This document shows, piece by piece, positions 1-14,897 of a DNA stretch of 64,000 bases. The DNA is taken from the NCBI GenBank assembly GCA_951406725.2, contig OX597833.1, forward strand, positions 27,900,001 through 27,964,000, written 5' to 3'. Position 1 is the first letter of the stretch; each line of letters begins with the position of its first letter. This stretch comes from Octopus vulgaris (lineage: Eukaryota). Under the pieces are notes generated by a model, which worked only from the letters and a program-made list of their open reading frames with translations, ran no database searches and was not told where the DNA came from. A program made the position numbers and the translations under genes.

Positions 1-682
1 AAATCCGACCGAGGTCGACTTTGCCTTTAATCTTTTCGGCATCGATGAAATAGATACCAGTTGAGCATTGGGGTCGATGTAATCGACTTATTCTCCTCCT
101 TTGAACATGTTAGTCTTGTGCCAAAATTTGAAACTATTTTTATTTTTATGAAAGCAGGTTTAGACCGTTGGGCTAAATGTCTTGCAATATGTACTGAGTG
201 GAAATTCTGCCGAGGTTAACTTTGCTTTTCATGCTTTCGGAAAAGATCAATTAAAATACCAGTCATGAACTGGAGTCCTTGGTATCGACTTATTCTTCTA
301 CCTCAAATTCACTTGTCTTCTACCTGTATGAGAAACAATTTTCATCAATACGATCATCATGATCATGATCATCATTACCATAACTATCATCATCATCAGC
401 AGCAGCAGCAGCAGCATCAACAACGACATCAACAGTGTCATCATCACCTCCATCATCATGGGGTCAACTTTGCTTTTCATCTTTTAGTATCGATTAAATA
501 TGTAACCAGTCAAATAATGAATTATAGCATTCTCGCAAATTATTAAGTCCTTGATTCTGTATTAAATATCATTATCATTGGCGGCGGTTGTGCTGGTGGT
601 GGTGGTAGTGGTGGCTGTAATAGGAGGAGGAGGGGATGAGCAGGAGGAGGACGAGGAGCAAAAGCAGCAGCAGTAGTGCTGA

Positions 683-747
<65 letters not shown>

Positions 748-1028
748 CGTCTTCAATCAAAGTTTGATACATTTAAGAAGAAATCATGTTGATTAATTAG
801 TAATTTTTAATCAACTTTATTGTTATTTTACTCTAATAAATTCCAACATGATTTAATTAAAATTCATTAAATTTATTTATTTATTTAATTATTTTCAAAA
901 TTTTCTGTTTCAATAAGATTGACATAGCTTAATTATCTCCCTTCGTTTTAATATTACTGATAACACAGAAAAGGACTTTCACAGATTTGGAGGCGGTGTG
1001 TAATTATATATATACATATGATGTGTGT

Positions 1029-1076
<48 letters not shown>

Positions 1077-1848
1077 ATCTATACAATAATATATATATAT
1101 ATATATATTATATGTATGTATATATGTATGCATATATGTATGTCTGTGTGTTTGTGTGTGTGTATGTATATATGTGTGCATATATGTATGCATATATGTA
1201 TGTGTGTGTGTGTGTATGTAGTCATTCTCTCAAATTTTGCCATAAGACCACCACTTTGAGGGGAAAGGGTTACTCGATTAAATCGACCTGCTGCTTGTTA
1301 TTGATACTCTATTCTATCGACTTCGAAAAGATAAAAGGCGACGTTGACCTCGGCGGAATATGCATTCAAAACAGAAAACAGCCGGAAGAAATACTGCTAA
1401 GCATTTCGTCCGACGCGTTAACGACTCTGCCAAGTATCCACGTTTACATATACGCGCGAACACATTTTCATGCGTAAATGTTTGTATGTAGGGGGACATA
1501 TGTGTCAATGTATGTTTGTATGTAGGGTGACATATGTGTCAATGTATCTCTGGGTTTACGATCAAATGGGGATATCACTGAGTAAAGTAATCAAATGTAA
1601 ATATTTGCTGCAATGTCGATATAAAACTGTTACAGTTGAGAGTTTCTCGACGGTCGCTGATCACGTAACTGATTTCGGTGTTTAAACTTATATTTATAAA
1701 AAAAAACATTTTGATGGGCTTAACTCAATATGAATACAGGAAGAAGAAATAGGAAAAATTAAAGAACATAGATATATAATTATATATAAGAAAAAGAGTA
1801 TATAAATTTGTCCAAGTATAAGTATATTAGATAGAGAGAGAGAGATTA

Positions 1849-1939
<91 letters not shown>

Positions 1940-2077
1940 TGTAGGTAGATAGATATGTAGGTAGATAGATAGATAGGTAGATAGATAGACAGACAGCTAA
2001 ATAAGTATATATATATATGTGTGTGTGTGTGTGCGTGTGTGTGTGTAGATATATGTGTATGTAAGAGTGTGAGCGAG

Positions 2078-2172
<95 letters not shown>

Positions 2173-2176
2173 CTAA

Positions 2177-2220
<44 letters not shown>

Positions 2221-2272
2221 GTGTATGTAAGAGTGTGTGTTTGAGCGAGTATATATATATATATATATATAT

Positions 2273-2311
<39 letters not shown>

Positions 2312-2353
2312 CATACATACATACATACATACATACATACATACATACATACA

Positions 2354-2385
<32 letters not shown>

Positions 2386-3082
2386 GATATAGATATATAT
2401 GTATGTGTGTAAGTATACACACATGCATATATATATGCAAACGTATGCACTTGCACCAATTTCAATGAAAAGGCCCACATGCATACGCACACACGCACAG
2501 ATACACACGCAATATTGGTATTTTTGTTTTTAATATTTTTTCTTAACCTAGGATGAAATCTATTTCCTGCAATTTGGACGTATATTACTCTATATATACA
2601 TGCATGTACGTTTGCATGTATGTATGTATGTATGTATGTATGTATGTATGTATGTATGTATGTATCTATGTATCTATGTATTTATGCATAAGTTTACAGA
2701 CGTATGTATTTATGTGTGTTCGTGTGTATCTGTTCAACAATTTATCGCTAACTATTTACATTAATGTATCTTTTATTTACCAATTAGTTCACCCGTACAC
2801 TTCATCATCTACATATGCATATACACATCTATTATATTATATACCTTCACATAAATACATATATAACACACACACACACGTATATAAATGTCTCTATATA
2901 AATATATATATACATGCGTATACGTACCACAATATGTATAACCATACGCAAGTAGATGCAAACGTGTGAACTGAAAATGTACACAAATACTTCAAAATGC
3001 ACACGCGTGAATATATTTTAGCTATCTTTTTTGTGTTTTAGTAGGTATGTCTATGAAAATTAGCTTCATATAGCTGTGTATG

Positions 3083-3525
<443 letters not shown>

Positions 3526-3723
3526 ATTATTATTATTATTATTATTATTATGGTAGTTTTGACTTTAAGAGTCCCTCCTAGCGTGAGGCATTTATGTATA
3601 GTAATGCCCTTAACATAAATAAATATATTTAAAGGGAAGAATTAATCAATTTTTACCTTATGAGGTTTTTCACGCTAACTACCTGATAAATTCTTATAAA
3701 GATTTCAGCCTATTTTTAAATTA

Positions 3724-3735
3724 CATATATATATG

Positions 3736-3791
<56 letters not shown>

Positions 3792-3832
3792 TATACATAC
3801 ATGTGTATATATGTATATATATATGTATATAA

Positions 3833-3898
<66 letters not shown>

Positions 3899-4186
3899 TA
3901 TATACATATATATATACATATATACACATGTATGTATATATATGTATATATATATATACATATACACATTAAATATATATATATATATATATATACATAT
4001 ACACACATATATATGTATGTATATAGACATGTAATGTGTGTATATGTATGAGTATAAATATATATATATATACATGCACATACGTACATGTATACATGCA
4101 TACATAAATATATATACAAACATACATTTATATATATATATATATACATACGTACATGTATACATGCATACATAAATATATATACA

Positions 4187-4256
<70 letters not shown>

Positions 4257-4265
4257 ATATGTATG
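3724..4265. repeat. Compound (TA)n/(TACA)n microsatellite (representative of dozens of TA, TG, GATA, TACA and ATT arrays)
   Basis: Read directly; these arrays explain most ORFs in the track. Confidence 0.95.
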
Positions 4266-4498
4266 TAATAGAAATATGTTACAAAACGAAAATAGAAACT
4301 ACACGTGGAAATGTAAAGGGAAAGGAGCTGGCCGTACGGTTAAGAAGATCATTTTGTAGCTATTTGGTTTTGAGTTAAGTTCCATTATGCGATACCCTGG
4401 GCAAGTGTCATTTACTATAACCCCGATCGATGAAAACCTGGTGAAGGAATTTCGTAAACAGAAATCTCGATGTATAGATAGATGAATAGATAGATAGG

Positions 4499-4600
<102 letters not shown>

Positions 4601-4652
4601 TAGATAGATACATACATACATACATACATACATACATACATACATACATACA

Positions 4653-4684
<32 letters not shown>

Positions 4685-5005
4685 GATATAGATATATGTG
4701 TGTGTCTATGTATGTATGCATGAGTGTGTGTCTTTGTGTTTGTGTTTGTCGTCATAAACATCGCTTGACCACCGGTGCAAGTTTATTTGCAGCCACGGCT
4801 CTGCAGAGACCGATAGAATAGGTACCAGATCGAAGCGAAAATAAATACAGGTATCGATTTGTTCGACCAAACCTTTCAAGGCACTGCCAATAATGTTCAA
4901 ACTGCAACAATGAGTGAAAGAAGTAATATATATAAAATCCAGGAATTGGTTATCCAAGGCAGTCGGAAGGCTGTGTTTTCTCTTTGTGTTTTCATGTTTG
5001 GATCA

Positions 5006-5059
<54 letters not shown>

Positions 5060-5154
5060 CATACAAATATACATATATATAAGTGTTTGTGCATGTATAT
5101 GAGTGTATATGTATATATGTGTGTATGTATATATATACATACATATATATATAT

Positions 5155-5412
5155 GTTCTTGAGCAAAGCACTTTATTTCACGTTGCTCCAGTTCACTCAG
5201 CTGTAGAAATGACTTGCGACGTCACTGGAGCCAAGCTGTATCGACCTTTGTCTTTCCCTTGGATAACACTGGTGGCGTGGAGAGGGGAGGCTGGTATGCA
5301 TGGGCGACTGCTGGTCTTCCATAAACAACCTTGCCCGGACTTGTGTCTAGGAGGGTAACTTTCTAGGTGCAATCCCATGGTCATTCATGACCGAAGGGGG
5401 TCTTTACCCTTT
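5155..5412 (+). mobile_element. SINE-like element of a third family, 5'-truncated
   Basis: GTTCTTGAGCAAAGCACTT core typical of SINE central domains; GC-rich island between TA arrays. A related type lies on the minus strand at about 10590-10880. Confidence 0.55.
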
Positions 5413-5444
5413 ATTATGTATATATATGTATGTATATATATGTA

Positions 5445-5510
<66 letters not shown>

Positions 5511-5517
<7 letters not shown>

Positions 5518-6437
5518 AAGGGTTATTTGCAACAAGTTGCTTAAACCACATACCGAAAATATTAGAAATAGCAGCCAAATAGGTTACCATTACTATTACT
5601 ACAAAAATAAGTCTCCATAAAAAACAGAATTTGTAACCCGTATATGGTAAAAAAGAAGGAAGACAACGAAATCACACAGTCTACTTTGGATCAATTATGG
5701 ACGAATTTCCATATCAACATAATATTTCCTATAAATCTAGAAATGCTAGGAAAAAAATCACCAATTATATTAATTCGATCAGGCGACATCGAACGATATA
5801 ACAGTCTGCCAGCATCTCCACATTTATATAGACAAGCGAATTCGTATCTCCCTCCAAAATTTCACCACGTGAGTTACAAAAACAGTACCACCGAAACGAA
5901 GTTTCGCAGATTCATTGTAAGGGAGTAATAGTATTCGATACATATAAAGGGTGAAATATAATTAATTTAATAAAATTAATAAATTTCACCTAGTAGTTTT
6001 TTCGGTATGGAAAGGACCATATTCGGTAAAAATCTTTATATATAAAAATGAAGTTGTGTGTGTGTCTGTCTACTCCGATTTAGATTCCTAACTACTCCCA
6101 CACTTTGCGGTGCAGTTTAACCAAAAGCTGGTATCTTATAGTCGTGATTCATATCGAGCCCTTCTGAGTATTAGCGCGCGTCTACGATGAGTCTACGATT
6201 TAAAAAAGAATTTACTATCATTTTTCCGCATTTTTAATGATTTTCGCTCGGTTTAAATAAGGGAAGTAATTCTCTAAAAATGCTTATATAGTTATTTCCC
6301 TTACAAACCCGAGCAACGCCGGGCGATACTGCTAGTTATATATAATTATAATAAAGGGTTATTTGCAACAAGTTGCTTAAACCACATACCGAAAATATTA
6401 GAAATGGCAGCCAAATAGGTTACCATTACTATTACTA
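5511..6437. mobile_element. TA-flanked non-coding element with 91-bp terminal direct repeat (PLE/retrozyme-like), interrupted by a Helitron
   Basis: 5511-5601 equals 6347-6437 with one mismatch; (TA)n on both sides. The family assignment is inference. Confidence 0.6.
6033..6335 (+). mobile_element. Non-autonomous Helitron (303 bp)
   Basis: 5' TCTTTATATATAAAA; 3' hairpin CCCGAGCAACGCCGGG followed by CTAG; inserted between A and T with no TSD. Confidence 0.85.
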
Positions 6438-6740
6438 TATATATATATATATAAACACACATACATATATATAGACAGATATGCTTTATTAATAAGTAGC
6501 AAAAATCTCACATCACAAACATAGATAGATATATTTCTTTACTACCCACAAGGGGCTAAACATAGAGGGGACAAGCAAGGACAGACAAAGGTATTAAGTC
6601 GATTACATCGACCCCAGTGCGTAACTGGTACTTAATTTATTGACCCCGAAAGGATGAAAGGCAAAGTCGACCTCGACGGAATTTGAACCCAGAACGTAAC
6701 GGCAGACGAAATACGGCTACGCATTTTGCCCGGCGTGCTA

Positions 6741-6780
<40 letters not shown>

Positions 6781-6876
6781 GGACGGACGGACGGACGGAC
6801 GGACGGACAGACAGACAGACAGACGGACAGACAGACAGACGGACGGACGGACGGACAGACAGACAGACAGACAGCC

Positions 6877-6960
<84 letters not shown>

Positions 6961-7320
6961 TGACAGATGAAATCTTATTACTAGTTCAAATATGTTTGAG
7001 GCACGTCTAGGCTCGTAAACAAGCCATCCACTGGGTTTTGTCATGGAGATGTGTTTAAATCTGTGTTTTCAAACCCAAACGATGTAAGTTATTAAAAATG
7101 AATAACACAGATCGATAGCTAGAACTGTTTCCAGTTATTTCAGTATTTCGGGGGTTAGGACCCCTTCATCAAACGGTCCCTGTATAAAGTCTGAATAAGG
7201 ATGTTGAACAAAACACCCATGTTTCCAGAAGTGAATTATTCCTGTCACTACATGGCTACGATGCTCTCCCACTACTTCTGGCCGTAATACGAGATGCACA
7301 TATCGTCAACCACCGAAGAA

Positions 7321-7375
<55 letters not shown>

Positions 7376-7393
7376 GTTATTATTATTATTATT

Positions 7394-7436
<43 letters not shown>

Positions 7437-7437
7437 A

Positions 7438-7612
7438 GGCGGCGAGCTGGCAGAACCGTTAGCATGCCGGGCGAAATGCTTAGCGGTATTTCGTCTGCCG
7501 TTACGTTCTGAGTTCAAATTCCGCCGAGGTCGACTTTGCCTTTCATCCTTTCGGGGTCGATAAATTAAGTACCAGTTACGCACTGGGGTCGATGTAATCG
7601 ACTTGATCCCTT
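7438..7612 (+). mobile_element. tRNA-type SINE family A (representative copy)
   Basis: GGCGGCGAGCTGGCAGAA...GAGTTCAAATTCCGCC (B box)...GGGGTCGAT. Other copies at about 1-320, 1240-1430(-), 6545-6740(-), 7660-8003, 20990-21140, 24725-24945, 27025-27235, 31830-32470(-, three copies) and 39440-39650(-). Confidence 0.85.
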
Positions 7613-8002
7613 CCCTCCTATAAAAAGGCTTACTATTATTATTATTATTATTACCACCAAGGCGACGAGCTGGCAGAATCGTTAGCATGCCAGGCGAAAT
7701 GCTTAGCTGAATTATGTCTATCTTCAAGTTCTGGGTTCAAATTTCGCCCAGTCGACATTACTGCTCATCCTTTCGAAGTCGATTAATTAAGTACTAAAGA
7801 AATACTGGGGTCGATGTGATCGACTACTCCGCTGCCTCCGCCCATTTTCAGGCTTTCTGCTTATAGTAGAAAGGATTATTATTATAATCATTATTATTAG
7901 CGGAGGTTGACTTTGCCTTTCCTCCTTTTGGGGTCGATAAAATAAGTACCAGTCGACTCATCCCCTTTCCCAAGATTGCTGCCCTTGTGGAAAAATTTGA
8001 AA

Positions 8003-8084
<82 letters not shown>

Positions 8085-8125
8085 CGTTGTTGTTGTTGTT
8101 ATTATTATTGTTATTATTTTTATTA

Positions 8126-8174
<49 letters not shown>

Positions 8175-8175
8175 A

Positions 8176-8660
8176 TGAAAACTCAGAGCTTATTTTGCTG
8201 GGTATGATGGAAAATGTCAGTTGTCCACAGACAGCAGATTAAGGTGACGTTTGTTTACTGGTCATGCTTCAAGAGTCTTGCGAAGAATTCTTGCAGTTCC
8301 AAGCAATGCTGATTTTTGTATGTGTTCTACCTTCACACTTGCAACAATCTTTTTCAGCCATTTTGGTGGCTGTGTGATGATGCTTCAAGTGCACCAATTA
8401 CTATTGATATCACGTCTACTCTCTTCATTGACCAAAACCTTCGTATTTCCCACTTCAAATCGTCATAATTGTTTATTTTTTTCTTCTTCTTTCACATTGA
8501 TCCTGTTGCCACCGGGGCATGCTATGTCGATTATCATGCATGTTGTTTCTTTTTATTCTCCACAATAATGTCCGCTTTCCAATGTTTGATCGGGTGATTG
8601 CACAGGATCGTTGCATCCCACAGAATTTTGTAATTCTCATTTTCGGTGAATCTCATATCA
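8176..8660 (-). mobile_element. R4/Dong-clade LINE 3' fragment
   Basis: KILWD...IIDIACPGGNRI...IVIGAL...QKSALLGTARILRKTLEA*; the 3' end abuts (ATT)n. Confidence 0.8.
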
Positions 8661-9006
8661 AGATAAACAGCGCATGACCTAGCAGGTGAGGCCCATTTAA
8701 AATCTCCTGCACGTCGAGTAACCCATCCCGCTCAAAAGGTCCCTGAATAAGGTTTGTTTAAGGACGTTGAACAAAACACCCCAAATAATTCCTCCCAACA
8801 CATGACTATAATGCTCCCCCACTACGTCTGCTCATGATCAGAGATGCACATATCATGAGTCACTAAGGGACATGCTGAACTGGTTAAGGTCAAGCAAGTG
8901 ACAAGCAAATCTGTGGTATTGAGCAGAAAATTTGCTGTAGCTCATCTTTTGATAACACTTTCAATCACTTAAGACCAGAAGCCATGAGAACCACCGCCTT
9001 GTACTG

Positions 9007-9075
<69 letters not shown>

Positions 9076-9209
9076 CATCATTATTATTATTATTATTATA
9101 GTCAATAATCTACATCAGTAACTGAAGGGCTTAAAATTTCGTACTGAAGTGTTTGCCAAATTTTATAGGCTGATTTTTGTATGCTTCGCATATATAAACG
9201 TGGTGTCTA

Positions 9210-10097
9210 CGTGGTCTGATCAATAGTTTCCGGACTGTTGCAGTAATAACGAAGCTAAAGCACACAGAGTGAAACTGCTTGGCTCAGATTGACCTTCAAT
9301 TTTGCTGTGCATGCGCACTAAGTTTTAACGTTCTAGCTCACTTTCGCTGTTTACAACAATGCTTGGAAGGAAAGTGTGTTGTGTGTGATCGTCGCATTGA
9401 CCATGATAGAGAAAGTTGAGCAGAGCATATGCATCACATTTTGCCAAATGCTTGGCAATACCTGCTCAGAGGCCTCCGCAAAGTTTTCAAAACGTTTTCA
9501 TCATTCTCGACACAATCAAGATCTTGTGCAATTGAAACCCGAGTATTTTTGGTCAATTGAAAGCATTTTTGACACAAACTTGGCGGACATGCATTTCATA
9601 TCCAAATCTTCATTGATAATGAACTGAACTGAACCATAACTAATCTGCACATCTTCTGATAACTCATGGATGGTAATTCGACGATTTTCCCTCAGAGTGC
9701 ACGCACATCTACGATGTTTTTCTCAGTTCTGCTGTATCCGGGTCTTTCAGAATGTTCGTCAATATCGACAATTTTTCGGTCATCTTGGAAACGTCTGAAC
9801 CACTCGTACACTTGTATGTGTCTCATACACTCCTCCCCATAAACTTTCTGCAACTTCGCGCAGGCCTCTGAGCGGGTATCGCCATGAGAACGTCCTTTGT
9901 CATGGTCAAAGCGACGATCACACACTACACACCTTCCTTCCAAGCACTGCTGAGAAGAGCGAAAGTGAGCTAGAACGTTAAAACTTAATGAGCATGCACA
10001 GCAGGGTTCACAGTCATTTTCTTCCAACCAGTTTTACTCTGCATGCTTTAGTTCCGCTACTATGGCAACAGTCCGGATACTTATTGATCAGACATCG
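9210..10097 (-). mobile_element. Non-autonomous mariner element with expanded inverted arms
   Basis: TA-flanked TIRs CGTGGTCTGATCAATA / TATTGATCAGACATCG. Transposase N-terminal remnant (VYGEECM...VYEWFRRFQD...SERP). Inverted similarity extends about 270 bp. Confidence 0.85.
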
Positions 10098-10207
10098 TAT
10101 GATACACACACTGATAGTGTTCTTATTTAAATACTTTGATCCTATTGGATCAGGCAAATAATTAATTATTTACTTTAAATATACTTTTTATACATGTATG
10201 TATACAC

Positions 10208-10288
<81 letters not shown>

Positions 10289-11810
10289 GATATACGAGTA
10301 ATGCAGAGTTCCAACCTTGTTGCTTGTACCACCCAGATTCTACCTCACGAATGCATTAAGTGCAGACGTACCTTTGAAATACTCAGCCATTTACCACAAT
10401 TATTTCACAAATAGAAAATCACCACTTTCGACAACTGAATGCCCGTCGTCAAAGACAATGAAGAATCTATGGAGTATAAATATAGAGTATAAATACTCTA
10501 TATTTTTATCGATTCCACAACTGTACTCCATGTTCTGCCTATTATCTAACTTTACTCTGTATACTAAGCTCTTACACTCTTTCCGGCACGGTTCCAGTTG
10601 ATCCGATGAACGGAACAGCCTGCTGTGAAATGAACGGGCAAGTGGATGAGCACTCCACAGATCTACGTACCCATAACCTAGATTCAGGGAGATTCAGCGA
10701 AACACAGAACGTGACAAGGTTGGTCCTTTGAAAAACCGGTGCAACTAATTTTTGTCAGCTGGGTGGAATAGAGCAGCATGGAATAAATGGCCTTGCCCAA
10801 GGACACAACGCGCTACCGGGAATCGAAATCATAACCTTACGATCGTGAGTTGAATACTGCTAACCTTCAGCCTAGCCCATATGCATTTTTGCTCTATATT
10901 CTCTGTTCTCTAACTTTACTCCACATTATACACATTACGTAATATTTCTACAACTAAAACGTCTTCCCCTATAAACACATAAATGACAAAAATATTAGTA
11001 GCTATTATTTCCAATTGATAATCATTTTTCCTTTACACCCTTCAGTAACCGACGCATTAATTCATACGAAAATAAAAATAACGATTGTTATTAATGGCCA
11101 TAAAGATCGAAGGACGTTGGAAGCGGCACAAGAGTGAAATCGATAAAAATGAACGTCAACATAAATAAACGACGACATGGGATCTAGTTAACCAGATCAA
11201 CAGAACGGCGTACTCGTGAAATTAACGTGCAAGTGGCTGAGCACTCCACAAACACGCGTACCCTTAAAGTGGTTCTCAGGGAGAGAGTGAAATCAAAGGT
11301 AATTCTCAGTAAGAGAGTGAAATCAAATGTAAGGATTTCTAACATAGGTACAATACCGAGATAAAGAGAAGAATGGATAAAAAGACCTCAGCGCTTGGCT
11401 AGTGTTTTACTTTATCGACCCCGGGTGGATAAAAGGCAAAGTTGACCCAGGAAGGATTCGAAATCATTTTAAAGTTGTTCAAGTCCCAGCCAAGCCATTT
11501 TTAGCTTCCAAATTCGCCGGCATGATGAGTATTACAAATTTTTAAATAGGTACATGGACACTTGGCAAGGGAACAGTTGACTACAACGACCCCAGAACTT
11601 GAGGGATGCTTTATCGTATCGATCCAGGGTGGGGGAAGAGGAACGAAAAGCAAATTCGACCTCAGGGCACAAACTTCAACTATCCTGGGTTTTTCATTTA
11701 ACACCCATACCCACACAAATACGCATACATACAGGTGTGCATGTATATGTAATCTATGTATATATGTAACATTTGTTTGTATATATACATATATATGTGT
11801 GTGTGTACGC

Positions 11811-11857
<47 letters not shown>

Positions 11858-11889
11858 TATGTAATGTATGTATTGTGTCTATGTATATT

Positions 11890-12113
11890 CAGGGTTGACC
11901 AAAAGTCACCCACAGTAAATCAAAATTCCATAAATACTTAATGTTCAATCTTATTTATTCTTTCCAATTATGAATATTTAATAATTGAATGCTGTGAGTT
12001 TAAATTGCTGTTTCTTTCAACATTTGTCTATTTATTAGCGAAGTCTCGTAGAAAATAATTTTTTGGAATTACATGGTTTTGATTTACTGTCTGGTGACTT
12101 TTGGCCAACCCTG
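11890..12113. mobile_element. Tc1/mariner-type MITE
   Basis: About 40-bp TIRs CAGGGTTGACCAAAAGTCACC / GGTGACTTTTGGCCAACCCTG; TA at the right end. Confidence 0.8.
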
Positions 12114-12233
12114 TATATACACGCACACACACATACATACACCCACACATATGTATATATATACATATATATATTATAAATAATATATATATATATGTAT
12201 GCATGTATGTATGTATGTATATATATTATAAAT

Positions 12234-12297
<64 letters not shown>

Positions 12298-12314
12298 GTG
12301 TGTATGTGTGTGTG

Positions 12315-12750
12315 TACAGGACGTTACCAACAGTAAACAACATGAAATATGAAAACAAATGAGTTAAATACGCAAATAACGAGAGAAGAAAAGGACAAGT
12401 AATACAAAGAATGGCCCTTCATCAGTTGTTTGCTGTCTGTCTACTCCCCATTTCGAACAATCAACGACAATATGAGTCTTTGAAGACAGTTGCTCCCATA
12501 AATACGAAAATAAAATTTTGGATTTATGGAGGGTCAAAGTTAAAAACAAAAAAAGTGACAGTGGAGACATACAAGGAAACCGAACGAAAACAAACATGAA
12601 AGATCGTTAGACCCGAACGAGGGGAAAATAGTGAACGCTGAGAGAAATATTTTCTTTGAAAAGAAAAAAAAATAGAAAATAGAGATAGGGTACGTCCAGT
12701 CCTTTGAACGTCCATAATATTATTATTTAATTGAACACCATATATTTCCA
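12315..12750 (-). mobile_element. TA-flanked non-coding element, probable PLE derivative
   Basis: Colinear similarity to 61210-61790 (CCCTTCATC...TTTCGA...GTTGCTC...GGAGGGT); inverted partial copy at 13186-13279. Confidence 0.55.
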
Positions 12751-12757
12751 TATATTT

Positions 12758-12891
<134 letters not shown>

Positions 12892-13276
12892 GTGTATGTA
12901 TGTATGCATGTACATACGTATGTATGTTTGTATGTGTGTTTGCATGTATGTAATGTATGTATGTATATTTGCATGTATGGGTGTATGTATGTAACTATGT
13001 ATGTACATATGTATGTTTGTATGTGTGAGTATGTATGTAATGTATGTATGTATATACGTATGTATGTATGTATGTATACATGTATGTATGTTCTGGGTAC
13101 GACATGAAATTGCATCAAGAGATGAGACTCCAGTTCAGGAGTCCTGAAGTCACCTCTTAATTACCATTGCTCCCAAAGCCCTGATCATTCTTTGTATTAT
13201 TTGTCCTTTTTTCTCTCGTTATTTGCTTTTTTAACTCATTTGTTTTCGTATTTTTGTTGTTTACTCTTGGTGACGT

Positions 13277-13338
<62 letters not shown>

Positions 13339-13373
13339 ATATTATTATTTAATTGAACGGCACGCATCCATTT

Positions 13374-13430
<57 letters not shown>

Positions 13431-13431
<1 letters not shown>

Positions 13432-13690
13432 TGTTGTGTCTGGGGAGAGTCATTTTCTTTTTGTGCTTTATAATTTAACACACTCACCGGTAAAATTTTC
13501 ACTTATTTGTTATATACCTAAAATTTTCGTTGCGTCTTGCAACCTTTCCAGTAGTCTTCACTATTGAAAGGGTTGCAAGACGCAACAAAAATTTTAGGAA
13601 AGTAAAAATAAGAAGTAAGTGGAAATTTTACCGGTGAGTGTGTTAAATTATAAGGCACAAAAAGAAAATGACTCTCCCCAGATACAACAG
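13431..13690. repeat. Fold-back inverted repeat (about 125-bp arms, 4-nt loop), probably PLE-derived
   Basis: CTGTTGTGTCTGGGGAGAGTCATTTTC... versus ...GAAAATGACTCTCCCCAGATACAACAG; begins directly after (TA)n. Confidence 0.85.
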
Positions 13691-13746
13691 AATATGCTTC
13701 AACACATAAACTCACATAAATCTTGCAAACCAAATCCCAAAACGAA

Positions 13747-13796
<50 letters not shown>

Positions 13797-14864
13797 ATAT
13801 ATATATGTATGTCCTGGATATGACATGAAGCTGCATCTAGATGAGGCTCCAGTTCGGGAGTCCTGAAGTTGCGGGGGGGGGGGGCATGGAGTCACCCCTT
13901 AATTACCATTACTCCCAAGGCCCGTTCTCACTCAGAACGATAGTACCTGTCAGAGTCCCATCCATGAGTTAAATATATTTCCAAGCGGTAGAGGAGGTTC
14001 CAGTTATTTTTGACAAAGTCGTGGGGAAGGCTACTCTTTTACGAGAAAGTTACTCTGATATAAAACTTGCAGTCAAAATAATACCAGTCACCTTGCAATG
14101 AAACCTACTATGGCGACTGAGAGAGAGACAAAAGTATTGTACAAGCTTTTGTCGCTTAAATCCGATGACATACAGATGTCTAGTTATCTAATGTGAGACA
14201 GCTATCATCTGACAAGATGAGATAATCACATGTATATACTTCAATGAAATAAAAGAACATCAGACAGTACATTTTTAAAAGAAATTTAAGTTACTGATCT
14301 TCTACAATAAATTATATTCAGTTCAAACAGTATTTCGGCATGAAAAGTGCCATTTTCAAAGCTTTAAAGTTTAAAAGAAAAATACAAAACAAAATTTAAT
14401 CTTAACGTAGTGTCAAATGTTCTCAAAATGTCATTTTTCACTAAAAAACGTCTCCTTGACATCACATAATCACTCCCCTCTTCCTTTCTTTCTTTCTCTC
14501 CCTTTTTTATTTCTGCTACTTTCTCCCCCTCTCTCTTCTTTTCTCCCTTTTTCTCTCTCCCTTTCATTCAGTCAGGCTTCCGTGTGATGAAAATCTCTAA
14601 ACTGGGATGAGATTATACAAAATGAGGAGGTAGTTAAATCAATGGAGCAACTGCACGCTCATCATTGAAACTGACGGAAATCCACAAACTTATTTGTTTA
14701 TTTATTTCACTCACGTCTTTGCTGACTTAAACTGAATGTAATGATATATCTGTATTATATGTATTTTACGAGTGTCTTTCTGTATATGTAAACATGCATG
14801 CTGACACAAACAGGTCATAGACAAACACGCATACATACACAAGCACAATTACAAACATGTGTAT

Positions 14865-14897
<33 letters not shown>

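Noticed and set aside
1985-2300. About 180-bp tandem duplication of compound microsatellites
   Set aside because: Ordinary slippage or unequal crossover, or assembly noise; no sign of function.
7141-7174. Further hammerhead-like fragments (7141-7174, 14321-14363 and 33551-33585 on minus; 15617-15650 on plus)
   Set aside because: Each has core substitutions and lacks a helix I or a cleavage triplet. They are plausible relics but cannot be distinguished from chance by eye.
7438-7530. tRNA gene
   Set aside because: The B-box-like motifs belong to SINE heads; there is no cloverleaf.
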